From the NCBI GenBank assembly GCA_963619595.1, contig CAVEYE010000042.1, positions 1 through 60,194 of the forward strand: 60,194 nucleotides of DNA, given 5' to 3'. Numbering within the stretch: the stretch's first letter is position 1; every line of letters begins with the position of its first letter. The position numbers and the translations under genes were made by a program. Shown piece by piece: positions 47,550 through 58,712 of this stretch. This DNA is from a bacterium (GTDB taxonomy: Bacteria > Bacteroidota > Bacteroidia > Bacteroidales > UBA932). The notes beneath the pieces were generated by a model. It searched no databases. It saw only the letters and a list, made by a program, of their open reading frames with translations, and had not been told where the DNA came from.

Positions 47550-48110
47550 ATGTCAAGAATCGGTAAATTGCCTGTAAGCCTTCCGGACAAGGTGAGCGTA
47601 GAAGTTCTCCCTGGCAACGTTGTGAAGGTTAAAGGACCTCTTGGTGAGTTGAGCCAGAAAGTTGATCCGGACATCAAGGTCACCGTCGAGGATAATCAAA
47701 TCAAATTCGAGCGCCCTACCGACCAGCCTAGACACCGTTCGATGCACGGTCTGTACCGCGCACTCGTCCACAACATGGTTGTCGGAGTCTCCAAAGGCTA
47801 TGAAATCAAGCAGGAGTTCGTGGGTGTAGGTTACCGTGTCGCCGTACAGGGACAGGTGCTGACTTTCTCTCTTGGATATTCACACGACATCCAGCTGATG
47901 CTCGCCCCTGAGGTGAAGGCTGAAGTTCCTGATGTCAAGAAAGGTGAGAACCCAGTTCTTATCCTCAAGAGTATCGACAAGCAGCTCATCGGTCAGGTTG
48001 CCGCCAAGGTGCGTTCACTCCGCAAGCCTGAACCTTACAAGGGCAAGGGTATCAAGTTCGTCGGCGAGCAGCTTCGCCGCAAGGCCGGCAAGACGGCAGG
48101 CGCTAAATAA
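47550..48110 (+). CDS. rplF: 50S ribosomal protein L6
   Basis: MSRIGKLP, RKPEPYKGKG. Confidence 0.98.
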   Translation: MSRIGKLPVSLPDKVSVEVLPGNVVKVKGPLGELSQKVDPDIKVTVEDNQIKFERPTDQPRHRSMHGLYRALVHNMVVGVSKGYEIKQEFVGVGYRVAVQGQVLTFSLGYSHDIQLMLAPEVKAEVPDVKKGENPVLILKSIDKQLIGQVAAKVRSLRKPEPYKGKGIKFVGEQLRRKAGKTAGAK

Positions 48111-48125
48111 TAGGAGGACATAGAT

Positions 48126-48488
48126 ATGGCATTGAATAGAATTGAAAGAAGAAGAAGAATCCATTACCGCATCCGCAAGCACGTCAACGGTACGGCCGAG
48201 AGGCCAAGAATGGTTGTCTTCAGAAGCAACAAGCAGATCTACGTCCAGATTGTGGACGATGAGAGAGGTGTCACCCTCGCCGCGGCCGCTTCCAACGACA
48301 AGGCTCTTGTCGTAGAGTGCAAGGGCAAGAACGGCATCGACACCGCCGCGATCGTCGGCAAGGCTATCGCTGAGCGCGCCAAGGAGAAGGGTATCTCCAC
48401 CGTATCATTCGACCGTGGAGGTTATCTCTATCACGGAAGAGTCAAGAGTTTGGCCGACGCAGCCCGCGAAGGTGGTCTCATTTTCTAA
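48126..48488 (+). CDS. rplR: 50S ribosomal protein L18
   Basis: [23 protein letters not shown]. Confidence 0.98.
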   Translation: MALNRIERRRRIHYRIRKHVNGTAERPRMVVFRSNKQIYVQIVDDERGVTLAAAASNDKALVVECKGKNGIDTAAIVGKAIAERAKEKGISTVSFDRGGYLYHGRVKSLADAAREGGLIF

Positions 48489-48500
48489 TTGAAAAAGACT

Positions 48501-49019
48501 ATGGCAAATACAAATGTTAAAAGAGTAAAGACATCTGACCTCGAATTGAAGGACAGATTGGTCGCCATCCAGAGAGTGACGAAGGTCACCAAAGGTGGTC
48601 GTCATTTCCGTTTCGCCGCCATCGTGGTGGTAGGAGACGAGAACGGCGTGGTTGGTTATGGTCTTGGAAAAGCCAATGAGGTCACCGCTGCCATCGCCAA
48701 GGGTGTCGAGGACGCGAAGAAGAATCTTGTCAAGATTCCTATCATCAACACCACGATCCCTCACGAGCAGGAGTCCAAGTTCGGCGGTTCCATCGTGTTC
48801 ATGAAGCCGGCCGCTCCTGGTACCGGTGTGAAGGCCGGCGGCGCCATGCGTGCCGTGTTCGAGTCTGCCGGTGTTCAGAACGTCCTTGCGAAGTCCAAGG
48901 GTTCTTCAAACCCTCACAACCTCGTGAAGGCCACCGTGGAGGCTCTTACCCAGATGAGGGACGCCTACACCGTAGCCGGTCTCCGCGGCATTCCTATGAG
49001 CAAAGTTTTTAACGGATAG
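48501..49019 (+). CDS. rpsE: 30S ribosomal protein S5
   Basis: [17 protein letters not shown]. Confidence 0.98.
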   Translation: MANTNVKRVKTSDLELKDRLVAIQRVTKVTKGGRHFRFAAIVVVGDENGVVGYGLGKANEVTAAIAKGVEDAKKNLVKIPIINTTIPHEQESKFGGSIVFMKPAAPGTGVKAGGAMRAVFESAGVQNVLAKSKGSSNPHNLVKATVEALTQMRDAYTVAGLRGIPMSKVFNG

Positions 49020-49033
49020 GAGAAGACACAGTT

Positions 49034-49213
49034 ATGGCAAAACTTAAGATAACACAGGTAAGAAGCAAGAACGGAGCCACCAAGAGGCAGATCGCTAATC
49101 TGTACACTCTCGGTATCCGCAGAATGCACCAGACCGTGGAGGTCGAGAAGACTCCGGTGACAGAAGGCCAGCTCGCCAAGATCCGTCACCTTGTTGAAGT
49201 TGAAGAAATCTAA
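49034..49213 (+). CDS. rpmD: 50S ribosomal protein L30 (59 aa, below ORF-track cutoff)
   Basis: Manual translation MAKLKITQVRSKNGATKRQIANLYTLGIRRMHQTVEVEKTPVTEGQLAKIRHLVEVEEI; between rpsE and rplO. Confidence 0.95.
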   Translation: MAKLKITQVRSKNGATKRQIANLYTLGIRRMHQTVEVEKTPVTEGQLAKIRHLVEVEEI

Positions 49214-49228
49214 TAAGGAGGACGAAGA

Positions 49229-49681
49229 ATGAAACTGGAAAATTTGAAGCCTGCAAAAGGTTCTACTCATAACAGCAAGCGTCTTGGCCGCGGCCAGGGT
49301 TCAGGCAAGGGCGGTACTTCAACACGTGGTACCAAGGGTGCGCAGGCCCGCGCAGGTTATGAGCACAAGATTGGTTTCGAGGGTGGGCAGATGCCTATCC
49401 AGAGGCGTGTGCCGAAGTTCGGATTCAAGAATCCTACGAGAGTTGAGTACAAGGCTGTCAATGTCGCTGCCATCCAGGCTCTTTCCGAGATGATCGGCAA
49501 GACCGAGATCGGTATCGAGGACATCAAGGCCGCCGGACTCGCCGACACCAAGGAGCTTGTGAAGGTTCTTGGTAACGGAGAGATCACAGCCGCCGTCACG
49601 GTGACCGCCGACGCTTTCTCCGCTTCAGCAGTGGCCAAAATCGAAGCCGCTGGTGGAAAGACAATCGTAATCGGTAAATAG
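49229..49681 (+). CDS. rplO: 50S ribosomal protein L15
   Basis: RLGRGQGSGKGGTS, GFEGGQMP. Confidence 0.98.
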   Translation: MKLENLKPAKGSTHNSKRLGRGQGSGKGGTSTRGTKGAQARAGYEHKIGFEGGQMPIQRRVPKFGFKNPTRVEYKAVNVAAIQALSEMIGKTEIGIEDIKAAGLADTKELVKVLGNGEITAAVTVTADAFSASAVAKIEAAGGKTIVIGK

Positions 49682-49683
49682 CG

Positions 49684-51024
49684 ATGAAGAAGTTTATTGA
49701 CACAATCAAGAACATCTTCAAGATCGAGGAACTCCGTACGAGACTCGGTTACACGTTCCTGCTCATCCTGGTCTACAGGCTGGGCTGCTTTATCGTGCTG
49801 CCGGGTATCGACACCACCCTGCTTGCCTCTCTACAGAGCAGCACCCAGGAAGGACTTGTCGGTCTCTTGAATATGTTCTCCGGAGGTGCCTTCGGTAACG
49901 CTTCCATCTTTGCGCTGGGAGTGATGCCGTACATCTCCGCTTCGATCGTGATTCAGCTTCTCGGTATGTTCGTCCCTTACTTCAAGAAACTTCAGAGGGA
50001 GGGCGAAAGCGGCCGCAGGAAGATGAATCAGCTCACAAGGTATCTCACCATCCTTATTCTCTGCATCCAGGGCCCTGCTTACATCGCTTCAATCCACAGC
50101 CAGATCCCTGGCTCCGCGTTCCTCGCGGAGACCCAGCTCGGCTGGAGCCCGTTCATGTACAACCTCGTCGCCACCATCATCCTGATGGCCGGTTCGATGT
50201 TCGTCATGTGGCTTGGTGAGAGGATCACTGACCGCGGCATCGGCAACGGTATCTCCCTGATCATTATGATCGGTATCGTGGCCCGTCTGCCGTTCGCGCT
50301 CGTGAGTGAGGTCGGTACCAAGTTGAGCACAACCACCGGTGGCGGCCCTATCGCCCTCATCGTAGAACTCATCATCTGGTTCCTTGTAATCGTGGCGACC
50401 ATCGCCCTTGTGCAGGGTGTCAGAAGAGTCCCTGTCCAGTACGCCAAGAGAGTTGTCGGCAACAGGCAGTACGGCGGTGTACGTCAGTACATCCCTCTTA
50501 AGATCAACGCCGCAGGTGTGATGCCTATCATCTTCGCCCAGGCTTTGATGCTGTTCCCTCTGCTGTTCTCGCGTTTCGACGCGACCAGAGGACTCGCCGC
50601 CACTCTCGGCAACTACACCGGTTTCTGGTACAACCTGATTTTCGGATTCCTCGTAGTGATCTTCACATACTTCTACACCGCGGTCACCGTAAACCCTACG
50701 ATGATGGCGGAGGAGATGAAGCGCAACGGTGGATTCATCCCTGGCGTTAAGCCTGGAAAGGCAACCATGAATTACCTTGACTCAATCATGTCCAAGGTGA
50801 CTCTCCCTGGTTCCATATTCCTCGCCATCATCGCCATCCTTCCTGCTTTCGCCAGGATCATGGGAGTTCAGGACCAGTTCGCAAGTTTCTACGGCGGCAC
50901 TTCGCTGTTGATTCTTGTAGGTGTTGTGCTTGACACGCTTCAGCAGATTGAGAGCTACCTCCTGATGCGTCACTATGACGGTCTTATGAAGACCGGACGT
51001 ATCAGCGGCCGCTCAGGAATGTAA
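49684..51024 (+). CDS. secY: Preprotein translocase subunit SecY
   Basis: SIFALGVMPYISASI, GIGNGISL, FIPGVKPG, GGTSLLI. Confidence 0.98.
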   Translation: MKKFIDTIKNIFKIEELRTRLGYTFLLILVYRLGCFIVLPGIDTTLLASLQSSTQEGLVGLLNMFSGGAFGNASIFALGVMPYISASIVIQLLGMFVPYFKKLQREGESGRRKMNQLTRYLTILILCIQGPAYIASIHSQIPGSAFLAETQLGWSPFMYNLVATIILMAGSMFVMWLGERITDRGIGNGISLIIMIGIVARLPFALVSEVGTKLSTTTGGGPIALIVELIIWFLVIVATIALVQGVRRVPVQYAKRVVGNRQYGGVRQYIPLKINAAGVMPIIFAQALMLFPLLFSRFDATRGLAATLGNYTGFWYNLIFGFLVVIFTYFYTAVTVNPTMMAEEMKRNGGFIPGVKPGKATMNYLDSIMSKVTLPGSIFLAIIAILPAFARIMGVQDQFASFYGGTSLLILVGVVLDTLQQIESYLLMRHYDGLMKTGRISGRSGM

Positions 51025-51043
51025 TCGATAATCACAGGATTTG

Positions 51044-51817
51044 ATGGTAAAGCCTAAGACAGAAGAGGAAATCGAGCTTTTGCGCGAGAATGCCATAATC
51101 GTCTCTAAGACGTTGGCGGAAGTCGGCAAGGTGGTCGCCCCGGGTGTGACAACCGCGAGGTTGAATGAGGTGGCCGAGACTTTTATCCGCGACAATGGCG
51201 CTGTTCCGAGCTTCCTTGGTTTCGAAGGTTTTCCCGCCGCGATATGCGCATCGGTAAATGATGTCGTGGTGCACGGCTTCCCGTCAGACTATGTTCTCAA
51301 GGAAGGCGACATCGTGACAGCCGACATAGGCACCCTGTACAAAGGCTATAACGGTGATTCGGCTTACACTTTCCCTGTCGGGGAAGTGGACGCCGAGACC
51401 CGTAAGCTTCTGGATGTGACCAAGGCTTCGCTTTACAAAGGCATAGAGGCCGCGGTCGCTGGCAACAGGACCGGTGACATCGGACACGCGGTGCAATCGT
51501 ATGCCGAGTCGTTCGGCTTCTCCGTAGTCCGTGAGCTTGAAGGCCACGGTCTCGGAAAAGAGATGCACGAGGCTCCGGGAGTCCCTAACTACGGACGTGC
51601 CGGACACGGGTGCAGGCTTGTGGATGGAATGGTCATCTGCATAGAACCAATGATCAATGCAGGAGGCAGGGGAGTGTATGTGGCCAGAAATGGCTGGGCT
51701 GTACACACATCCGACCACAAGAACGCGGCTCACTATGAGCTTACGGTTGTTGTCCGTAAAGGCAAGGCGGAACAACTGTCAACTTTTGATTACATAGAAT
51801 GTACAGGTAAATTTTAA
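51044..51817 (+). CDS. map: Type I methionine aminopeptidase
   Basis: SVNDVVVHG, DIG..GD, GHGLG..MHE, IEPM, AAHYE. Confidence 0.96.
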   Translation: MVKPKTEEEIELLRENAIIVSKTLAEVGKVVAPGVTTARLNEVAETFIRDNGAVPSFLGFEGFPAAICASVNDVVVHGFPSDYVLKEGDIVTADIGTLYKGYNGDSAYTFPVGEVDAETRKLLDVTKASLYKGIEAAVAGNRTGDIGHAVQSYAESFGFSVVRELEGHGLGKEMHEAPGVPNYGRAGHGCRLVDGMVICIEPMINAGGRGVYVARNGWAVHTSDHKNAAHYELTVVVRKGKAEQLSTFDYIECTGKF

Positions 51818-51829
51818 AGTGTTTTTTCA

Positions 51830-52048
51830 ATGTCCAAACAAGTAGCGATAGAGCAAGACGGCAAGGTTATCGAGACTCTTCCTAACGCAATGTTCAAGGT
51901 GGAGCTTGAGAACGGCCACGTCCTTCTCTGCAACATCTCCGGCAAGATGAGAATGAATTTCATCCACATCCTCCTTGGAGACAAGGTGAGGGTTGAAATT
52001 TCACCTTACGATTTGACTAAAGGAAGAATTTCTTTCAGGTACAAATAA
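51830..52048 (+). CDS. infA: Translation initiation factor IF-1
   Basis: [24 protein letters not shown]. Confidence 0.98.
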   Translation: MSKQVAIEQDGKVIETLPNAMFKVELENGHVLLCNISGKMRMNFIHILLGDKVRVEISPYDLTKGRISFRYK

Positions 52049-52061
52049 AAATATTCACGAT

Positions 52062-52178
52062 ATGAAAGTCAAAACATCCATCAAGAAGCGCAGTGAGGAT
52101 TGCAAGATCGTCAGACGCAAGGGTCGCCTTTATGTGATCTGCAAGAAGAACCCTAAGTTCAAGATGCGCCAGGGATAA
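52062..52178 (+). CDS. rpmJ: 50S ribosomal protein L36 (38 aa, below ORF-track cutoff)
   Basis: Manual translation [38 protein letters not shown]. Confidence 0.96.
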   Translation: MKVKTSIKKRSEDCKIVRRKGRLYVICKKNPKFKMRQG

Positions 52179-52215
52179 CAGTAGTTTGTAAAACAAATTA
52201 AGTTTAAGATAAATT

Positions 52216-52593
52216 ATGGCAAGAATAGCCGGTGTTGATTTACCGAACAACAAAAGAGGTGAGATAGGTCTTACCTACATCTACGGTATCGGCCGCAGCT
52301 CCGCCAGGGAGATCCTTAGCAAGTGCGGTATCGATTACGACATCAAGGTCGGTGATTGGAACGACGACCAGGTCGCCGCTATCCGTACCCTCATCACCGA
52401 GGAGTACAAGATCGAAGGAGAGCTTCGTTCCGCCGTCCAGATGAACATCAAGCGACTGATGGATATCGGTTGCTACAGAGGAATCCGTCATCGTATCGGT
52501 CTTCCTGTCCGCGGTCAGAGCACTAAGAACAATGCCCGCACCAGAAAGGGAAAGAAGAAGACAGTCGCCAACAAGAAGAAGGCTACCAAGTAA
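52216..52593 (+). CDS. rpsM: 30S ribosomal protein S13
   Basis: [27 protein letters not shown]. Confidence 0.98.
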   Translation: MARIAGVDLPNNKRGEIGLTYIYGIGRSSAREILSKCGIDYDIKVGDWNDDQVAAIRTLITEEYKIEGELRSAVQMNIKRLMDIGCYRGIRHRIGLPVRGQSTKNNARTRKGKKKTVANKKKATK

Positions 52594-52606
52594 AACTAGA
52601 TGAATT

Positions 52607-52993
52607 ATGGCAAAGAAAACAACATCATCAAAGAGAGTTGTCAAGGTTGAGGCTACGGGCCAGGCCCATATTTCATCAACCTTCAATAACGTGATTGTCA
52701 CGCTGACCAACAACCAGGGTCAGGTCATCAGCTGGTCATCAGCTGGTAAGAGTGGCTTCAGAGGTTCCAAGAAGAACACTCCGTACGCCGCCCAGGTCGC
52801 TGCCGAGGATGCTGCCAAGACAGCTTTCGACGCAGGTCTCCGCAAGGTGAAAGTCTTCGTGAAGGGTCCTGGCGCAGGCCGTGAGTCAGCCATCAGAACC
52901 ATCAACAACGCAGGTATCATCGTCACCGAGATCGTCGACGTGACCCCTATGCCTCACAACGGTTGTAGACCAAAAGGCCGTCGTAAAGTTTAA
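52607..52993 (+). CDS. rpsK: 30S ribosomal protein S11
   Basis: [28 protein letters not shown]. Confidence 0.98.
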   Translation: MAKKTTSSKRVVKVEATGQAHISSTFNNVIVTLTNNQGQVISWSSAGKSGFRGSKKNTPYAAQVAAEDAAKTAFDAGLRKVKVFVKGPGAGRESAIRTINNAGIIVTEIVDVTPMPHNGCRPKGRRKV

Positions 52994-53018
52994 TTAATGA
53001 TTTAAAACAAGAATTACT

Positions 53019-53621
53019 ATGGCAAGATATATTGGTCCAAGTACTAAGATAGCCCGCAAGTTCGGCGAGCCGATATTCGGAAGCGACAAGGATTTCGAGA
53101 AGAGGAATTATCCTCCGGGACAGCACGGCCTCGCCGCGAAGCGCAAGAAGCAGCGTGAGTATGGTATGCAGCTGAAGGAGAAGCAGAAAGTCAGATATAT
53201 GTATGGCCTTCTCGAGCGTCAGTTCCACAACACCTATCTCAAGGCCTGCAAGATGTCCGGTCTGAGAGGTGAGAACCTTCTCTTCCTTCTTGAGTCAAGA
53301 CTTGACAACGTTGTCTACAGAATGGGTATCGCCCCTTCAAGGGCGGCTGCAAGGCAGCTTGTAAGCCACGCTCACATCACCCTTAACGGTGAGGTTTGCA
53401 ACATTCCTTCAGTACAGGTTAAGCCTGGTGATGTAGTGGCTGTCAGAGAGCGTTCAAAGAGCCTCGAGGTCATCCAGAAGAGCGCGGCTTCCGCGACTAA
53501 ATATTCCTGGATCGAGTTCGACTCCAAGGCACTCTCAGGAAAGTTCCTTAACATCCCTGCAAGAGCGGACATCCCTGAAAACATCAACGAGCAGCTCATT
53601 GTAGATCTGTACTCCAAGTAA
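53019..53621 (+). CDS. rpsD: 30S ribosomal protein S4
   Basis: [27 protein letters not shown]. Confidence 0.98.
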   Translation: MARYIGPSTKIARKFGEPIFGSDKDFEKRNYPPGQHGLAAKRKKQREYGMQLKEKQKVRYMYGLLERQFHNTYLKACKMSGLRGENLLFLLESRLDNVVYRMGIAPSRAAARQLVSHAHITLNGEVCNIPSVQVKPGDVVAVRERSKSLEVIQKSAASATKYSWIEFDSKALSGKFLNIPARADIPENINEQLIVDLYSK

Positions 53622-53646
53622 TATTAACACCCCAAAAAGATTATTT

Positions 53647-54654
53647 ATGGCAATCTTAGCATTTCAGAAACCGGACAAGGTGATAATGCTCGAAGGAACG
53701 GACACCGTAGGCCGCTTCGAATTCAGACCTCTTGAGCCTGGATACGGACAGACCATCGGCAACGCCCTGCGCCGCATTCTTCTCGCCTCTCTGGAGGGTT
53801 TCGCTATCAGCCAGGTCAAGATTTCAGGCGTGGACCAAGAGTTCGCGACTATCCCTGGCGTGATCGAAGGAATGCAGGACATCATCCTCAACCTCAAGCA
53901 AGTGAGGTTCAAGAGAATGGTGGAGACTGTTGACTCCGAGGTAGCGAACATTGTGATTAGCGGTAAGAACGAGTTTACCGCTGAGGATATCTCTAAAGGA
54001 TTGTCTTCTTTCAAGGTGTTGAACCCAGAGCAGCACATCTGCTCTCTCGAACCGTCTGTCAAACTCGAGATTTCCCTGACCATCACCAAAGGCCGCGGCT
54101 TCGTGCCGGCCGAGGAGATGAGAGAGGAGAACACGCCGATCGGGACCGTCCTTGTCGACGCTGTCTACACTCCTATCAGAAAGGTCAACTGGACTGTCGA
54201 GAACTGGCGTGTCGAGCAGAAGACCGACTACGAGAAGCTCAACCTTGAGATAATCACTGATGGATCTATCTCTCCTAACGTGGCGCTTCAGGAGGCGGCA
54301 AGTATCCTGATCTATCACTTCAAGCTTTTCACTGATGACAAGAAGATCTCCATCGAGAGCGCTGTCGAGGCCGATTCAAAGGAACTCGACGAGGAGAGCC
54401 TGAGGATGAGGCATCTTCTTCTCACCAAGCTTTCTGACATGGGTCTCTCAGTGAGAGCCTACAACTGTCTGAAGGCCGCTGACATCGACACTTTCGCCGA
54501 CCTCGTCTCCTATTCCAGGACCGAACTTATGAAGTTCAGGAATTTCGGAAAGAAGTCGCTTAACGAGATCGACCAGCTCGTGGAGAAGATGAAGCTCCAG
54601 TTCGGGATGGATGTAAGAAAATATAATATTGAACCCAAGAAAAAGAACGCATAG
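53647..54654 (+). CDS. rpoA: RNA polymerase alpha subunit
   Basis: [37 protein letters not shown]. Confidence 0.98.
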   Translation: MAILAFQKPDKVIMLEGTDTVGRFEFRPLEPGYGQTIGNALRRILLASLEGFAISQVKISGVDQEFATIPGVIEGMQDIILNLKQVRFKRMVETVDSEVANIVISGKNEFTAEDISKGLSSFKVLNPEQHICSLEPSVKLEISLTITKGRGFVPAEEMREENTPIGTVLVDAVYTPIRKVNWTVENWRVEQKTDYEKLNLEIITDGSISPNVALQEAASILIYHFKLFTDDKKISIESAVEADSKELDEESLRMRHLLLTKLSDMGLSVRAYNCLKAADIDTFADLVSYSRTELMKFRNFGKKSLNEIDQLVEKMKLQFGMDVRKYNIEPKKKNA

Positions 54655-54656
54655 AA

Positions 54657-55151
54657 ATGAGGCACAATAAAGCAATCAATCACCTTGGCCGTAAGTCCGG
54701 CCACCGTAAGGCATTGTTGGCCAACCTGGCGAACTCACTGATTCTGCACAAGAGGATCACTACAACAGTGGCTAAGGCGAAAGCCCTCAAGTCCTACGTT
54801 GAACCTCTCATCACAAAGTCGAAAGAGGACACCACACATTCACGCAGAACCGTTTTCAGCTACCTCAAGAACAAGGAGGCTGTCAAGGAGCTCTTCGGTA
54901 CGGTCGCCGCTAAGATCGCTGACCGTCCAGGTGGTTACACCCGTGTGCTCCACACAGGTTTCCGTCAGGGTGACGGCGCTGATCTGGCTCTGATCGAGCT
55001 GGTTGACTTCAACGAGGCCGCTCTCGCTTCCAAGAAGGAGGAGAAGAAGACCACACGTCGTAGCCGCGCCAAGAAGGCTGAGGCCCCTAAGGCAGAGGCT
55101 CCTGCGACGGAAGAGGCTCCGAAGGCTGAGGAAGCACCGAAGGCTGAATAA
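54657..55151 (+). CDS. rplQ: 50S ribosomal protein L17 with EAPKA-repeat tail
   Basis: [24 protein letters not shown]. Confidence 0.98.
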   Translation: MRHNKAINHLGRKSGHRKALLANLANSLILHKRITTTVAKAKALKSYVEPLITKSKEDTTHSRRTVFSYLKNKEAVKELFGTVAAKIADRPGGYTRVLHTGFRQGDGADLALIELVDFNEAALASKKEEKKTTRRSRAKKAEAPKAEAPATEEAPKAEEAPKAE

Positions 55152-55193
55152 TTCCGGTCCGCCCGAAGCGGCGGCTGAAAATGACATCATAAG

Positions 55194-55224
55194 ATGGCGA
55201 CCGTAGACCCGGCCGCCATTTTTT
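55194..55224 (+). terminator. Probable terminator of the ribosomal operon
   Basis: ATGGCG..CGCCAT imperfect hairpin followed by T tract. Confidence 0.55.
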
Positions 55225-55347
55225 GTAATATGTTTTAATGAATATGCTCAAGTCGCCGTTTTTTTTATTACATTTGTAGATGCTTATGAGGGCTGGCTAA
55301 GCCTTTTTTTTGGATTTTTATTCTAAATCGTTATAACTATTCTATTT

Positions 55348-57537
55348 ATGAACTGTCTGTTCTACTTTGTGCCGGCGGCCTCGGTGATAGCGCTGTTCTT
55401 CGCCTGGCTTTTCTACCATCAGATGCGCAAGCAGGATGAGGGTACTCCTACGATGAAAGAGATCGCTCAGTATGTCCGGGAGGGAGCCATGGCCTACCTT
55501 AAGCAACAGTACAAGGTTGTAGGCATCGTTTTCGTCATTTTAGCCATTCTTTTCAGCATCCTGGCCTTCGGTTTCGGGGTACAGAACAAATGGGTCCCGT
55601 TCGCGTTCCTGACCGGCGGATTCTTCTCCGCCCTCGCGGGCTATGTCGGAATGAGGACCGCCACCTATGCCTCTGCAAGGACGGCGAACGCTGTCAGCAA
55701 GTCGCTCAATTCAGGCCTTAAGCTCGCCTTCCGTTCGGGAGCCGTGATGGGACTTACAGTAGTGGGACTCGGTCTGCTGGACATCTCGATCTGGTGGGTG
55801 GTCCTCAATGCGTTCGTGAAGGAAGCGTCTGAATCCCAGACTCTTGTGGTGATTACGACCACTATGCTCACCTTCGGTATGGGAGCATCCACCCAGGCTC
55901 TGTTCGCAAGGGTCGGCGGCGGTATCTACACAAAAGCGGCCGATGTCGGAGCTGACATTGTCGGCAAGGTCGAACAGGATATTCCTGAAGACGATCCGAG
56001 AAATCCTGCCACCATCGCCGACAATGTGGGTGACAACGTGGGTGACGTGGCCGGAATGGGGGCTGACCTTTATGAATCTTACTGCGGCTCAGTCCTCGCC
56101 ACTATGGCGCTCGGCGCGTCGGCGTTCTTCGGTGATGTCGAGGCTCAGACCAGGGCTATAATGGCCCCGATGGTGATCGCCGCCCTCGGAGTCGTCCTTT
56201 CAATCATAGGAATATACGCCGTCCGCACCAAGGAAGGCGCTGGACTTCAGCAGCTTCTGAAATCCCTCAGCGTCGGCACCAATCTCAGCGCCTGCCTGAT
56301 CGCGGTGCTGACTTTCGTTGTGTTCAAGGCCCTGGGCTTTGACAACTGGTGGCAGCTCAGCCTTTCCGTGATCGCCGGCCTTCTCTCCGGAGTCATCATC
56401 GGCAAGGCCACCGAGTATTACACCTCGCACTCCTACAAGCCTACCCAGGCCCTCGCCGAGAGCTCGCAGACAGGTCCCGCGACCGTCATCATCAACGGTA
56501 TAGGTCTCGGAATGATCTCCACCTGCATTCCTGTGGTCACTATCGTGGTGGCCATCCTGGTGTCCTACCTCTGCGCCACCGGCTTCACCTTTGATCCGGC
56601 TTACATCAGCCAGGGACTCTACGGCATCAGCATCGCCGCTGTAGGTATGCTTTCCACCCTCGGAATCACTCTTGCCACAGACGCTTACGGCCCTATCGCC
56701 GACAACGCCGGCGGCAACGCCCAGATGAGCGAACTCGACCCTGAGGTCCGTCGACGCACCGACACGCTCGACGCTCTCGGCAACACCACGGCCGCCACCG
56801 GCAAAGGTTTCGCCATCGGTTCTGCCGCCCTTACGGCTCTCGCCCTCCTCGCTTCGTACATTGAGGAGATCAAGATCGGCCTCCAGCATGCCGGCACAGC
56901 CATTGTGGAAGTCGGCGGCAGGATGGTCGATGCCGCAAGCCTGACAATCCCGGACATCATCGAGTACTATCAGGTCAACCTTATGAACCCGCGTGTGCTG
57001 GCAGGTGTCTTCGTGGGAGCGATGATGGCCTTCCTGTTCTGCGGAATGACTATGAACGCCGTCGGCCGTGCGGCCCAGAAAATGGTTGTCGAGGTGCGCA
57101 GGCAGTTCAAGGAGATCAAGGGTATTCTCGAAGGAAAGCAGCGTCCGGACTACAAACGCTGCGTCGAAATCTCCACAAAGGCCGCCCAGCACGAAATGAT
57201 CGCACCTTCTCTCACCGCGATCATAGTTCCTGTCGTGATTGGTATCATTCTTGGAGAGGCTGGAGTGATGGGTCTCCTTATCGGCGGACTCGGTGCAGGC
57301 TTCATTCTCGCCATATTCCTTGCCAACTCGGGCGGTGCCTGGGACAATGCAAAGAAGTATGTCGAGGACGGTCATTTCGGTGGCAAGAATTCCGTCAACC
57401 ACCACGCCACCGTTGTCGGCGACACAGTCGGTGATCCGTTCAAGGACACTTCAGGACCGTCCCTAAACATCCTCATCAAGCTGATGAGCATGGTGTCTAT
57501 CGTGATGGCCGGACTGATCGTGATGATCCATGGATAG
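55348..57537 (+). CDS. hppA: Membrane-bound ion-translocating pyrophosphatase, K+-dependent Na+-type
   Basis: [62 protein letters not shown]. Confidence 0.96.
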   Translation: MNCLFYFVPAASVIALFFAWLFYHQMRKQDEGTPTMKEIAQYVREGAMAYLKQQYKVVGIVFVILAILFSILAFGFGVQNKWVPFAFLTGGFFSALAGYVGMRTATYASARTANAVSKSLNSGLKLAFRSGAVMGLTVVGLGLLDISIWWVVLNAFVKEASESQTLVVITTTMLTFGMGASTQALFARVGGGIYTKAADVGADIVGKVEQDIPEDDPRNPATIADNVGDNVGDVAGMGADLYESYCGSVLATMALGASAFFGDVEAQTRAIMAPMVIAALGVVLSIIGIYAVRTKEGAGLQQLLKSLSVGTNLSACLIAVLTFVVFKALGFDNWWQLSLSVIAGLLSGVIIGKATEYYTSHSYKPTQALAESSQTGPATVIINGIGLGMISTCIPVVTIVVAILVSYLCATGFTFDPAYISQGLYGISIAAVGMLSTLGITLATDAYGPIADNAGGNAQMSELDPEVRRRTDTLDALGNTTAATGKGFAIGSAALTALALLASYIEEIKIGLQHAGTAIVEVGGRMVDAASLTIPDIIEYYQVNLMNPRVLAGVFVGAMMAFLFCGMTMNAVGRAAQKMVVEVRRQFKEIKGILEGKQRPDYKRCVEISTKAAQHEMIAPSLTAIIVPVVIGIILGEAGVMGLLIGGLGAGFILAIFLANSGGAWDNAKKYVEDGHFGGKNSVNHHATVVGDTVGDPFKDTSGPSLNILIKLMSMVSIVMAGLIVMIHG

Positions 57538-57573
57538 TAGTGTATAGCAGACGAACTGATATTTATTTTTGAT

Positions 57574-58626
57574 ATGAAAAAAGTTACCATTAGAGATGTA
57601 GCGAGAGAGGCCGGAGTGTCTGTCACTTTGGTGTCTTTCGTGATGAACGCAAAAATGGGTAAAGATGGCAGGCTCGATTGTCCTGTCAACCCTGACACGG
57701 CCGAGAGGGTCCTCCAGGTTGCAAAGAGGCTCGGTTACAGACGCAACAACGCGGCTGCTTCCTTGAGAAGCGGACGTTCACATTCGATCGCGGTGATTGT
57801 GTCCGACCTGGCCAATCCGTTCTTCGCCGAGATCTGCAGGAGCATCGAGAACATCGCCTATAAGGACGGTTTCACGGTGATCTTCGCCAGCTCGGAGGAG
57901 AATCCTGAGAAACTTGCCCACCTCGTCGAGACGATGGTCGGGTACAATGTCGAGGGACTGATCGTCGCCCCTTGCCTCGGTTCGGAGGCAGCTCTCCAGA
58001 GGGCTATGAGCATCGGCATCCCTACCGTCCTGATAGACAGGAATATGCCTGGCGATGAGTTCGGCCGCGTGCTGGTCGACAATGTGGACGCTGGCAAACT
58101 TGCGACCAAGTACCTGCTGCATCAGGGCTTCGGCAAGATCGAGATGGTCACCTACCAGTCCGGCGTGACGAGTCTGAAAGACCGCGAGGACGGCTATGCC
58201 CAAGCGATGGAGGAGGCCGGCCTTAAGGACGAAATCAGAATCCATCAGATTGAATATGAAGCCGAGGCCGCGAAGAAGGGTGTCATAGAGGTGTTCCGCG
58301 ACGCCTCCCGCAGAGGCACGGAGGCGTTCATCCTCCCTACCAAGAAGATAGCGATGTACGGATTCAACGCGATGAATGTGCTTGGTCTGAATATGCCGAA
58401 GGACTTTTCGTTCGTCTGCTTCGACGAGAGCGACATCTACGAGCTGAACAAGCCTGTCGTCCCTCACGTCATCCAGCCTATCGCCGAGATCTCCACAAGG
58501 GCGTTCGAGCTTCTTCAGAACATGATTGAGAACAAGGCCACGGAAGAGGAGAAGACTTCCCTTCTCAAGGTCAAGCTTGTCCTTGGCGGCCGTTTCGGAG
58601 GCGAGGCCACGGAAGCCTCGTTCTAG
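57574..58626 (+). CDS. LacI-family transcriptional regulator
   Basis: [37 protein letters not shown], periplasmic-binding-protein-like domain. Confidence 0.93.
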   Translation: MKKVTIRDVAREAGVSVTLVSFVMNAKMGKDGRLDCPVNPDTAERVLQVAKRLGYRRNNAAASLRSGRSHSIAVIVSDLANPFFAEICRSIENIAYKDGFTVIFASSEENPEKLAHLVETMVGYNVEGLIVAPCLGSEAALQRAMSIGIPTVLIDRNMPGDEFGRVLVDNVDAGKLATKYLLHQGFGKIEMVTYQSGVTSLKDREDGYAQAMEEAGLKDEIRIHQIEYEAEAAKKGVIEVFRDASRRGTEAFILPTKKIAMYGFNAMNVLGLNMPKDFSFVCFDESDIYELNKPVVPHVIQPIAEISTRAFELLQNMIENKATEEEKTSLLKVKLVLGGRFGGEATEASF

Positions 58627-58660
58627 AGTATTCCCGGATAAATTAATTAAGATAAATAAA

Positions 58661-58698
58661 TGAAAAAGAGGGTGATTGAAAAATCACCCTCTTTTTCA
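58661..58698. terminator. Bidirectional terminator between LacI gene and purE
   Basis: TGAAAAAGAGGGTGATT-GAAA-AATCACCCTCTTTTTCA. Confidence 0.92.
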
Positions 58699-58712
58699 TT
58701 TGCTAATTCTTG

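Noticed and set aside
46788..52178. Zinc-free S14 and L36 variants
   Set aside because: Normal for Bacteroidota
55152..55260. Possible fluoride riboswitch upstream of the pyrophosphatase (CCGC..GCTGAAAATGAC)
   Set aside because: Lacks the 5' GGNGATG element and pseudoknot, and lies upstream of the probable terminator and promoter
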